Shown in pieces: positions 55,990-64,000 of a stretch of DNA of 64,000 nucleotides. This stretch comes from a virus. Lineage: Duplodnaviria > Caudoviricetes. The position numbers and the translations under genes were made by a program. The stretch is from positions 32,001 through 96,000 of the IMG/VR virus record IMGVR_UViG_3300028833_000094; one strand, 5' to 3'. Below the pieces are notes generated by a model, which worked only from the letters and a program-made list of their open reading frames with translations, searched no databases and had not been told where the DNA came from. Every line of letters starts with the position of its first letter. Positions within the stretch are counted from its first letter, which is position 1.

Positions 55990-56382
55990 ATGGTTAGACA
56001 GCAATTTAGTGTGGAGTCCTATTGGGAAGTGATAGTATACTATAATATAAACTTCAGATTTCTGGACTCCATCACTAAAGAGCTGAAAGAGATGGGTGTA
56101 ACTGCAGCATCTATCAAGGAAGTCTTTGCCATGTTATATCATAGGAGGGCAAAGGCAGTAACCTATAGTAATATAGAGAAGCACATCAGTATAGTCTTAT
56201 TCAATACACATACTTCCAGGAGAGACTATATCAATTCCATTGTACATGAAGCAGAGCATGTAAAGCAAGCTATGCTGAATGCCTATGATGTAGAGGATAG
56301 GGGAGAACCACCAGCCTATACCATTGGGTATTTAGTATCCCAGATGTTTAGGGTATTTAATAAGCTTCTTTATTGTAGTTAA
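55990..56382 (+). CDS. HExxH metallopeptidase-like protein
   Basis: IVHEAEH followed by EPPAYTIG. Confidence 0.6.
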   Translation: MVRQQFSVESYWEVIVYYNINFRFLDSITKELKEMGVTAASIKEVFAMLYHRRAKAVTYSNIEKHISIVLFNTHTSRRDYINSIVHEAEHVKQAMLNAYDVEDRGEPPAYTIGYLVSQMFRVFNKLLYCS

Positions 56383-56452
56383 GGGATTTCTTTAAAAGCC
56401 CTGTAATTCCGTAATTAGTCTCTACTTTTGTAGAGGTTAAATTTTTATTACT

Positions 56453-59400
56453 ATGGGCTATATTAAGAAATTAAAGAACAATGAGCTTGTAGGAGGAACC
56501 GATAAGACTACTGTCTATCCAGTTACTTCTACTGAAGCTGTATTTGAAGAAATTACCGAAGGTAGTGAGAGTAATTTCAAAAGCCAAAAGTTCCTTAACA
56601 ATAATATTACTGGAGATAGAATCAATAAAGAGACTATCACAGACTATAATATTGCTAAAGGTACTCTCAGTGAAGAAAAGCTTAATACTGAGCTTAAGAC
56701 TAAAATTCAGCAAGGCGCAGATTCTTCATGGACTCCTAAGGGGGATTATAATGCAGAAACACTTTATAATGCCAATGATTTAGCGTATGATAATAATACT
56801 CTTTCATCCTATCTTTCCCTTAAGGCAGATAATGTTGGGCATTCTGTAGAGGATACTGAATGGTGGATGAAGGTTCTTAATGGAAGTTACATCCATCAGA
56901 TTGAAGCAGATGCAGAAGCTGAAATTGATGCAGCATTAGAAGATACTAGAGCAGCTACTACTTTAGCTAATAATGCAGCAGAAAATGCCAATACTGTTTC
57001 AGAGCAAGTGGCATCTGATGTTGAAGATGCTATTGAAAGTCTAGGACAGCAGATTAGTGAGCTAATTGAAGACCAAGGAACCAGTGCTACTACAATTGTT
57101 ACAGAACCTACTGATACAGACGGTGTTAAGCCAGTACAAAATTATGTTATAGGCCGTGCTCTTAAAAAATCAGAAGATTATCTGACTAATGATTTGAAAA
57201 CTCTTGCTGTAGGAGTTAACTATAGCGCAAAAGAACCTGTAATCACTTCTAGTAAACAAATTCTAAGGATTACCCAGGATGTACGATTCTTAAATTTAAC
57301 TGATACAGTTAAACAAGGAGAATTAAGAACTTATAATAATGCTACATATCAAGCTCAAGAAGATGTGAAAGAATTCGCAGATACATCTTTGACAGGAGCT
57401 TCTGTTGCAGAACCAGTATATGCTCTCGGCAGTCCCACTAAATTATCTCTTAATATTGAAAGAGGAAATTGCAATATTGAGGCATCCTTTACTAATGGGA
57501 CTGAAATAGTAGGAAATAAAGTAGATATTACTCCAGCTACAGGCTACACTCCAACTATTATTGCTACGGCTGTATATGATGCATTAACTGCCCTTGGGGA
57601 TACTGGATGGACTTTTACAGATAAAGGTAATGGTTCTATTACTGCAGAATATCCTGCAACTGATGGGTATTCTGACTATAATATTATCTTTAGTGAATCT
57701 TCTGGTATTACAAGTACTTCTACAGTATCTGTTACAGATAGCTCAACAAAAATTACGATGGCTTTCTCTGTAGGTGTTGGAAATATCGGTGCAACATTTA
57801 ACGGTATTACTTACAATATTTCAGTAGGAGCTTCTACTACGAGTTCTCAGATAGCATCTTCTATAGCAGAAGCTTTTGAAGATGTAGAAGGTTGGAATAT
57901 TGAAAATAGTGGAAATGTAGTTTCTGCAATATGCTTAGAGGCTGGGAACAATTCTTCCACTGAATTTAAACTTACAGACGGTGTACTGGGAGTAACTTAT
58001 ACTTTAAGCAAACCTTGGACTGGAAGTAATAATATTAGCCACTATGATGGTTCTGACTGGTATATTGACACTCTTGCTACTTATTCTTCCAGCATTGTTT
58101 TTTTAAGCAATGATACTATTGATGAAGCATGGCTCATTGAAAATATCACAGAATCAGATTCTTTAGCAAAAGAAATCATTGAGGATGAATATACCGTATC
58201 CTGTGCTTTTAGCAAACAAAAAGAAGACTACGAAAAAAAGATAATAGATGATGAGTACGTTATAGCAAAAGCCATTGGAGACCATGAAGCAAGGCTTAAT
58301 GAACTTGTAGGTGATGGAGGCACTTCAATCTATAATGGTAGTGTTTCCGATACAAATTCAGATGCTATCAGTATTTTTGGTTCTTCCTACGGAGCTGCTC
58401 TGTCTAACTATGTTAACCCTACAAGCAAACATTGGGTTAATATATTGAATCTCTTTTCTGATTACACTATACAAAACCTTTCTATGGATGGAACAAGCAA
58501 TGCCCACCATATCATAAGGCTTAGAAAAGGACAAAGTGTTATGCTAAAGTCAGCAAGGTTTGCCCTTCTTGTTGACAACGAAAATCTAAAAGGAAGCATA
58601 GAACAATATTTCAAGAGTTTTATATACCTTTCCAAAGTAGTCAAATCATTTGGAGTCCAGCCTATTATTGGAACATCTCATAATAGTTATTCCTATAATC
58701 AAGACGGACATTATTACTCCTCACTCCTTAGAGAATGGTGTAAAGAAAACCATACATTATTCATGGATGCAAGTGAGTATTGTATGATTAATGGTATGAA
58801 TACTGGGGCACACCCAAATGTAAGGCAGACTGCATCGACAGCCTATGCTTATATGGATGCCTTGGCGGGAATAGAAAGCCCAAGACAGTCTATGAAAATA
58901 TACAAGGTTAGAAGTGGTGTAGATACTTCCAGCTTGGATAACCTAATATTTGATGATAATTATGAAAGGGCAAGAAGATTTGTTCCCGCTTCCACATCAA
59001 CTACCTTCAATAATATTGCATTGATAAGTGTCATTCTTCCTGCTACTTCAAATTATTTGGACAAGGTGCGACTTAATCTCACTTGCAGCACTTCTGTCAA
59101 TGTGTATTGTATGGACTCTGATACACCTCCATATCCAGAACTCACGGACTATACTAGATTTCATATCAACGATTCTTGTAATGTAGCAGAGGGAGACAGG
59201 TATAGTTATAATGGGACTATATTTACCGTTGTTTCTGTTGATACAGAGGATCACTATGGAGAATATTGTGATTTGTATTGCCTTCCCCTTGTTTCCGCAG
59301 AAGATGTTGACGGTACTTTGGTAAAAGAATCAGGAAGTAGTAGTAGTTCTTCGTCAAATATCAATTTCAATGGCCATGCTAAAGCCTCCTTGAATTCCGC

Positions 59401-60097
59401 TTCCGTGATTGAACAAGAAACAGGAGGACATTGGGCTGCTCTTGCAAATGATGGAAAAGACAGGTATAATGTATCTCCTATGACGGAAGTGTTTTATGAT
59501 AAAGTGCATTTTTTGGTGGTATCAGAAGACAGTTTTACAATAAAAAGCGTGTTTGTAGAATGGGGAGCTTCAAGAGAAAAGGAATGTGTAAGACAGCTTT
59601 TACCTGATTTTACATCAAATCTTCTTAATTCCAATACGGAATTAATCACCGAATCCACTTTTGGTTCTGGTGGTACTGTCCTTTCTTCGTGGACTGATGA
59701 AGATAATCAGCCTATAACTTCTGTTGCCGGCTCTTCATTGCCGAATGGATGTTCTTCATACATTCCCCTTACAAGTACTGGCTCAATGAATTGTATTGTA
59801 GATAATAGTAAATTAAGGCAGGGCCATCTCGTCATAGAGATTCTTGCCCGTAATAATATTCCTACAATCACTACAGAAAGTTGGGACTGGAATCTGTTAA
59901 AACTTACACTGTCTTCACCAAGAGCAAAAACTCCATATACGGTTTATAGCAGACCTATTGGTGTGTCTTGGAGAATTGTAAGAATACCTCTCGAAACAAT
60001 CTATAGGCCAAGCGACGGTAAACAAGATATGGTTATTAAGATTAGTTCTGAGTTTGACAATATGCAAATTGCGAAAGTATCTTTGAAATATATTTAA
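56453..60097 (+). CDS. tail fibre/spike with probable SGNH esterase domain
   Basis: TTVYPVTSTEAV anchor; KGDY..Y..D..W carbohydrate-binding-like repeat; ISIFGSSY, NLSMDG, AHPN SGNH blocks; promoter TACTTTTG at 56423. Confidence 0.65.
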   Translation: MGYIKKLKNNELVGGTDKTTVYPVTSTEAVFEEITEGSESNFKSQKFLNNNITGDRINKETITDYNIAKGTLSEEKLNTELKTKIQQGADSSWTPKGDYNAETLYNANDLAYDNNTLSSYLSLKADNVGHSVEDTEWWMKVLNGSYIHQIEADAEAEIDAALEDTRAATTLANNAAENANTVSEQVASDVEDAIESLGQQISELIEDQGTSATTIVTEPTDTDGVKPVQNYVIGRALKKSEDYLTNDLKTLAVGVNYSAKEPVITSSKQILRITQDVRFLNLTDTVKQGELRTYNNATYQAQEDVKEFADTSLTGASVAEPVYALGSPTKLSLNIERGNCNIEASFTNGTEIVGNKVDITPATGYTPTIIATAVYDALTALGDTGWTFTDKGNGSITAEYPATDGYSDYNIIFSESSGITSTSTVSVTDSSTKITMAFSVGVGNIGATFNGITYNISVGASTTSSQIASSIAEAFEDVEGWNIENSGNVVSAICLEAGNNSSTEFKLTDGVLGVTYTLSKPWTGSNNISHYDGSDWYIDTLATYSSSIVFLSNDTIDEAWLIENITESDSLAKEIIEDEYTVSCAFSKQKEDYEKKIIDDEYVIAKAIGDHEARLNELVGDGGTSIYNGSVSDTNSDAISIFGSSYGAALSNYVNPTSKHWVNILNLFSDYTIQNLSMDGTSNAHHIIRLRKGQSVMLKSARFALLVDNENLKGSIEQYFKSFIYLSKVVKSFGVQPIIGTSHNSYSYNQDGHYYSSLLREWCKENHTLFMDASEYCMINGMNTGAHPNVRQTASTAYAYMDALAGIESPRQSMKIYKVRSGVDTSSLDNLIFDDNYERARRFVPASTSTTFNNIALISVILPATSNYLDKVRLNLTCSTSVNVYCMDSDTPPYPELTDYTRFHINDSCNVAEGDRYSYNGTIFTVVSVDTEDHYGEYCDLYCLPLVSAEDVDGTLVKESGSSSSSSSNINFNGHAKASLNSASVIEQETGGHWAALANDGKDRYNVSPMTEVFYDKVHFLVVSEDSFTIKSVFVEWGASREKECVRQLLPDFTSNLLNSNTELITESTFGSGGTVLSSWTDEDNQPITSVAGSSLPNGCSSYIPLTSTGSMNCIVDNSKLRQGHLVIEILARNNIPTITTESWDWNLLKLTLSSPRAKTPYTVYSRPIGVSWRIVRIPLETIYRPSDGKQDMVIKISSEFDNMQIAKVSLKYI

Positions 60098-60121
60098 ACT
60101 GAATTTTAAATTTTATAAATT

Positions 60122-60955
60122 ATGAAACATATAAAATATTTTGAAACGAAAGCAGATAGGGATGCTACTATCTTAACTGGTCCTTTTTTGGCTTATACCA
60201 AAGAAACAAATAGTCTGGAGATTGAGGACGTTACCCCCATAAATATTCTAGACCAGCCAAATTTGATGGCAAAAATGTATGAATGGGGATGGGCCGAGAA
60301 TCCGAACTATATGACTATAAAGGAATGTGCTGCGGTAACTGATTCACAGTTTTCATCTAAAAAAGGAGCACTTAAAGTCAACTCTGGCTTTGCTAATATT
60401 GCTGAAGACTTTTCTGCATTTAAATATTTTACATCTGTTACAACTATACCCTCATATATGTTCTATGGTTGTAAGTTTACTGCTTTTGCTGTTCCTGATT
60501 CCATAACTAATATAAAAAATTTTGGACTTGTCGGCAGTTGGATTGTTGGAGTCCTGGATTTGTCAAATACCAAAATCCAAGTACTTACTGCTTTATATTA
60601 CAGCCATTCATCACTATCTACGGCTCAGATCAAAGCATCTGGTAATGCTTATTTGACTGCAGTTAAACTTCCTTCTTCATGTAATACTTTGGGAGCAGAA
60701 TCGGCTTATTTATGGTCAATGATCACTCCCCGTACCCCAGAACTTACTTGGGTAACATTACCATATAATGGTGTTGTTGAAACAAAATCCAATGTGACAT
60801 TGCCTTCAATAAGATACTATGTTCCAGATAATTTGGTAGATGTATATAAGGTAGACAGTACAACTGGTTGGACCAAATGGAATACTGTTGCAAATTATAT
60901 TTTCCCATTAAGTCAATGGCAGACAGATGTAGATAATGGTATAATTAGTTTATAA
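60122..60955 (+). CDS. BspA-type leucine-rich-repeat protein
   Basis: ECAAVT..FKYFTSVTTIPSYMFYGC..VPDSITNI..YVPDNLVDVYK..W. Confidence 0.7.
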   Translation: MKHIKYFETKADRDATILTGPFLAYTKETNSLEIEDVTPINILDQPNLMAKMYEWGWAENPNYMTIKECAAVTDSQFSSKKGALKVNSGFANIAEDFSAFKYFTSVTTIPSYMFYGCKFTAFAVPDSITNIKNFGLVGSWIVGVLDLSNTKIQVLTALYYSHSSLSTAQIKASGNAYLTAVKLPSSCNTLGAESAYLWSMITPRTPELTWVTLPYNGVVETKSNVTLPSIRYYVPDNLVDVYKVDSTTGWTKWNTVANYIFPLSQWQTDVDNGIISL

Positions 60956-60963
60956 GTTCAGTT

Positions 60964-61305
60964 ATGGCAACATACCGAAATAAGAATGATGATATCATAT
61001 TCTATGGTGGAGAGTTCAAGCTGAAAGTCAGTATGGACACTATAGATGGGTATGATATGTCTGATGATGGTATTGAGTTTAGTTGTACTTTCTCTACAGG
61101 TAACGGTGATTATACTCTTACTAAATCTGAAATGATTCCTGTAGAGGATGATCCTACTACTTATATAGCTCCTCTAGATAGCACTATATTAGGCAGGGGA
61201 ACTCTTACTGTCAAATATGAAGTAGATATCCCAGATACTGACTTTACTGATGATAATCACAGGCATGAGGTAGTGGAGATTCCAACTAAAATCAAGATTA
61301 AATGA
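60964..61305 (+). CDS. Ig/BppU-like beta protein, tail associated
   Basis: acidic all-beta; LDSTILGRG..PDTDF.D..R.EV. Confidence 0.55.
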   Translation: MATYRNKNDDIIFYGGEFKLKVSMDTIDGYDMSDDGIEFSCTFSTGNGDYTLTKSEMIPVEDDPTTYIAPLDSTILGRGTLTVKYEVDIPDTDFTDDNHRHEVVEIPTKIKIK

Positions 61306-61619
61306 GTTGTATAACTACAAAAGTAACAAGAGCCTCCGAGCCTTGTGATGTTCAAGTCAGCAAGACTGAAGGTATAGGAGTAGTGGTGACGGCTGTTATT
61401 TCAGCCGTCACTGCTGCTGTTACTTTTGTTTCCTCTCTTATAGTCAAGGCTACTAGTGTTCCAGGAGTGAATACTGAGGTAGCCTTAGAGGAGAGAGTGA
61501 ATGTAGAGGTAGGCATCATCTGCACTGTCAAGCTCTCTGAGGAATTAGAGATGTGGTGGTGTGATGGATGGAAAGCATTGTGGAACAATAATCTGAAGAT
61601 ATTATGGCGAGAGGAATAA
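61302..61619 (+). CDS. hypothetical tail-associated protein
   Basis: overlapping start and stop with neighbours; V/T-rich. Confidence 0.6.
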   Translation: MSCITTKVTRASEPCDVQVSKTEGIGVVVTAVISAVTAAVTFVSSLIVKATSVPGVNTEVALEERVNVEVGIICTVKLSEELEMWWCDGWKALWNNNLKILWREE

Positions 61620-61786
61620 GTATAGGGGATGTAACTAACACCTTGGATACCTTTAATGGCAAAGAAAAGATTCCTGTGTCTTCTGGGGAAACAGACCCTC
61701 AGGTAGTGACTACAGGAAAGCTAAAGGAATATATCAATGATGATGCTGAAATTCCTATAGATGTATTAGCAAGAATATTAACTTAA
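61604..61786 (+). CDS. hypothetical tail-associated protein
   Basis: 60 aa, overlapping upstream gene. Confidence 0.6.
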   Translation: MARGISIGDVTNTLDTFNGKEKIPVSSGETDPQVVTTGKLKEYINDDAEIPIDVLARILT

Positions 61787-61801
61787 TAAAATAGATAGAT
61801 T

Positions 61802-62506
61802 ATGGGACATTATTTAGGACCAACAGGTTTAGGATACCTTTGGGGCAAAATTAAAGATTATGCAAAAATTATTACTACTAGTGGCACTACTAAGGTTGTT
61901 ATCGGGGATAATGAGGTAACTATTCCTTCTGGAATATCCCCTTATACCAGTAATCCAGCAATGAATGGAAGTGCTTCAGCAGGTAGCTCTGATTTATTCT
62001 CAAGAGGAGACCATGTTCACCCTACTGATACTTCAAGAGCTGCTGCAAGTACAGCTGTAACAGGAGTGGCTTATGACATTACCAATAACAAAATCACTAA
62101 GACTATTAATGGTAATACTACTGATGTAGTTACTGCTGCCTCCATTGTAAGTGGTGGAGGAGGTGTACTAAGCTCTTCTGTGGGTGTAGCAAGTGGTGTT
62201 TGTCCTTTGGACTCCAGTGGTAAGGTTCCTTCTGATAAACTTCCTGGCTATGTGGATGATGTTGTAGAAGCATATCCTATTAGTGGAGCTACTGAATTGG
62301 CACAAGGATGGCTCAGCTTAACTGCTGGTGGTTCCGCATTAAGTCCTGAAACTGGAAAGATTTATGTGCTCATGGCTGCTTCTACAAACTATGCTGCTAA
62401 TACTGAATTTAGATGGGGAGGAAGCACTTATGTACAGCTTAATGACAGTGGCTGTAGTGAGATGAGTACTGATGAGATGGATATTGCAACAAATGATTGG
62501 GCATAA
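61802..62506 (+). CDS. tail/head fibre protein
   Basis: YLGPTGLGYLWGKIK anchor; SRGDHVHP; GVCPLDSSGKVPSDKLPGYVDDVVE; ETGKIY..FRWGGSTY. Confidence 0.75.
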   Translation: MGHYLGPTGLGYLWGKIKDYAKIITTSGTTKVVIGDNEVTIPSGISPYTSNPAMNGSASAGSSDLFSRGDHVHPTDTSRAAASTAVTGVAYDITNNKITKTINGNTTDVVTAASIVSGGGGVLSSSVGVASGVCPLDSSGKVPSDKLPGYVDDVVEAYPISGATELAQGWLSLTAGGSALSPETGKIYVLMAASTNYAANTEFRWGGSTYVQLNDSGCSEMSTDEMDIATNDWA

Positions 62507-62508
62507 CT

Positions 62509-62850
62509 ATGGCTAAATTTATAGGACCAACAGATTTAACTTATCTGTGGACTAAGATTAAAAACTATATAGCAAATAGTTCTCCAGTGACTTCAGTTAA
62601 TAATCAGACTGGAGATGTTACTATTGCTACAGGAGAAGCTAATGTGATAGAGAATGTATCTTTTAATGGGACTGCTGCAACTGTTACTAATAAAATAGCA
62701 GCTATTACAGCTACTATTCCTACAGTTCCTTCTAATATAGTCACTGGCTTAAATAGTTCTGGAGTTGCTGCAGCATATACTATTAAAGTAGTAGACTCAT
62801 TACCTGGCACAACTGACCCTTCAACCATTTATCTTGTAACAGGCTCATGA
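62509..62850 (+). CDS. short fibre protein
   Basis: FIGPTDLTYLWTKIK anchor like previous gene; VTSVNNQTGDV; LPGTTDPSTIYLV. Confidence 0.7.
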   Translation: MAKFIGPTDLTYLWTKIKNYIANSSPVTSVNNQTGDVTIATGEANVIENVSFNGTAATVTNKIAAITATIPTVPSNIVTGLNSSGVAAAYTIKVVDSLPGTTDPSTIYLVTGS

Positions 62851-63551
62851 TTAATATTGCAGGTAATGACATAATAGATATAGCCGTGGGTAGCACTCCT
62901 ATTGAGAAGGCTTACATAGGCTCTACGCTTGTGTGGGAGAAAAATGCTGCTACCGTAGAAGATGCTGATGGGAATCTTTACTATATTAAGAATTATATAG
63001 AAACATGTGTAGGAACAAAGTATTGTAGCATTGGAATAAAAACAAATGAAACAGATTACTTTGAAACTAAAATTTATCTCCCATCCACAGCAAGAAATTA
63101 TCCTTGTGGCGGATATAGTAGTAACAATAGTAATGACTATGGTCTAAAATGCTATAGTAGTTCTTTAAGATTTGCCTATGATACTGGTACTATTTATTAC
63201 TCTAAATCGTATGGCAACCAAACGTTTACTTTCAAAGAAGAATACAATCCAGATAATTCTACTATGTATTTTTATATATATAATAGTAGTGGGGCACAAG
63301 TATTTAGTTCCTCTACAGCCAAAAGAAGTGGAACAACATCAAAAGAATTCTTAATCGGAGATTATAATGGATCTAGTTATGGTTCAGAAGATGGAACTAA
63401 ATTTTATTATTTTAAATTTTGGAGAAATCAAACACTTGTAAGAGATATGATTCCTGTACAAAGTGTAGATACGGGAGAATACGGATTCTTTGATAAAGTG
63501 AATTTAAAAATATATTATAGTAGTGGTTCAAGTTCTTTTACTGGGGGATAA
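62847..63551 (+). CDS. receptor-binding/lectin-like fibre tip protein
   Basis: KAYIGSTLVW N-terminus; Y/S/N-rich beta sandwich ending LVRDMIPV..GEYGFFDKV. Confidence 0.6.
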   Translation: MINIAGNDIIDIAVGSTPIEKAYIGSTLVWEKNAATVEDADGNLYYIKNYIETCVGTKYCSIGIKTNETDYFETKIYLPSTARNYPCGGYSSNNSNDYGLKCYSSSLRFAYDTGTIYYSKSYGNQTFTFKEEYNPDNSTMYFYIYNSSGAQVFSSSTAKRSGTTSKEFLIGDYNGSSYGSEDGTKFYYFKFWRNQTLVRDMIPVQSVDTGEYGFFDKVNLKIYYSSGSSSFTGG

Positions 63552-63604
63552 TTAAAATATAATTTTTGCTTCCATAAGTTAGTAAATATATAGTTTATTC
63601 AGTT

Positions 63605-63637
63605 AGGGGGTGTTGTGAAAACACCTCCTTTCTTTTT
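63605..63637 (+). terminator. intrinsic terminator with GUGAA loop
   Basis: AGGGGGTGTT-GTGAA-AACACCTCCT-TTCTTTTT. Confidence 0.75.
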
Positions 63638-63752
63638 AGGTAATGTATTATTCCTATAATATACTGATTCTCAAATACTTCTATATTATACTGGTAATGT
63701 TTCACCTTCTTGTAGAATATTCATACCTTTGTACAGTTAAATTATTAAAGCC

Positions 63753-64000
63753 ATGACTAATATAGAAGAATTAAAAAAGAAGCAGCCTGAATACAAGGAG
63801 AGTCTTCAGGAAGTGATTGATTTTATCAACAGCAAGGAATACTTTGACCTTCCCCAGAGGGAAAAGAATCTGGTAAGTCAGTATAGGATGGGACTTGAGA
63901 TGTCTATTAATGCATTGAGTAACCTTACCTATGGAGATATGTTTACCTTTGATGCAGGAACTAACATGATATTGCCTTTCCTGCTAAGTGGTATGACAAG
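63753..64000 (+). CDS. partial gene, crAss001_48-like helical hairpin
   Basis: MTNIEELK..IDFINSKEYFDLPQREKNLV..; promoter TACCTTTG at 63724; runs off window. Confidence 0.55.
   Translation, partial: MTNIEELKKKQPEYKESLQEVIDFINSKEYFDLPQREKNLVSQYRMGLEMSINALSNLTYGDMFTFDAGTNMILPFLLSGMT

Noticed and set aside
60122-63551. DGR target or invertible receptor cassette
   Set aside because: No reverse transcriptase, template repeat or flanking inverted repeats seen in this window
1-64000. Stop-codon reassignment as in some crAss-like phages
   Set aside because: Long genes are uninterrupted in code 11, TAG and TGA both end genes at sensible boundaries, and no suppressor tRNA is seen

Overview
A 64-kb segment of a crAss-like (Crassvirales) phage of Bacteroidota, read in the standard genetic code. 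Positions 1-9.0 kb are a leftward array of small early/accessory genes with a tRNA-Arg(CCT), a 139-nt tRNA-like RNA and several hairpin-bounded U-rich non-coding units. A strand-switch region with iteron-like repeats lies at about 9.1-9.3 kb. The rightward part carries a structured non-coding transcription unit (10.3-10.7 kb) and an inverted tRNA-Lys(CTT) plus tyrosine integrase module whose tRNA is flanked by two identically spaced triplets of a 10-bp repeat (attP-like). It continues with HU-like and GroES-like genes, terminase, a scaffold-like gene, major capsid, tail rings, auxiliary capsid, tail hubs, muzzle and cargo proteins, with the portal unusually placed among the cargo genes. Lysis genes, a self-contained six-gene cassette headed by a Gly/Asn-rich CCC coiled-coil protein, and tail fibre/receptor-binding genes follow. 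Many operons start at Bacteroidota TAnnTTTG promoters. Structural names for the small virion genes rest on synteny with phiCrAss001 as I recall it and on visible motifs, not on database searches. The most notable candidates are an apparently temperate crAss-like phage, a family of GUGA-hairpin RNAs complementary to start-codon regions, a mini tmRNA-shaped RNA, a roughly 420-nt multibranch RNA, and the CCC cassette.
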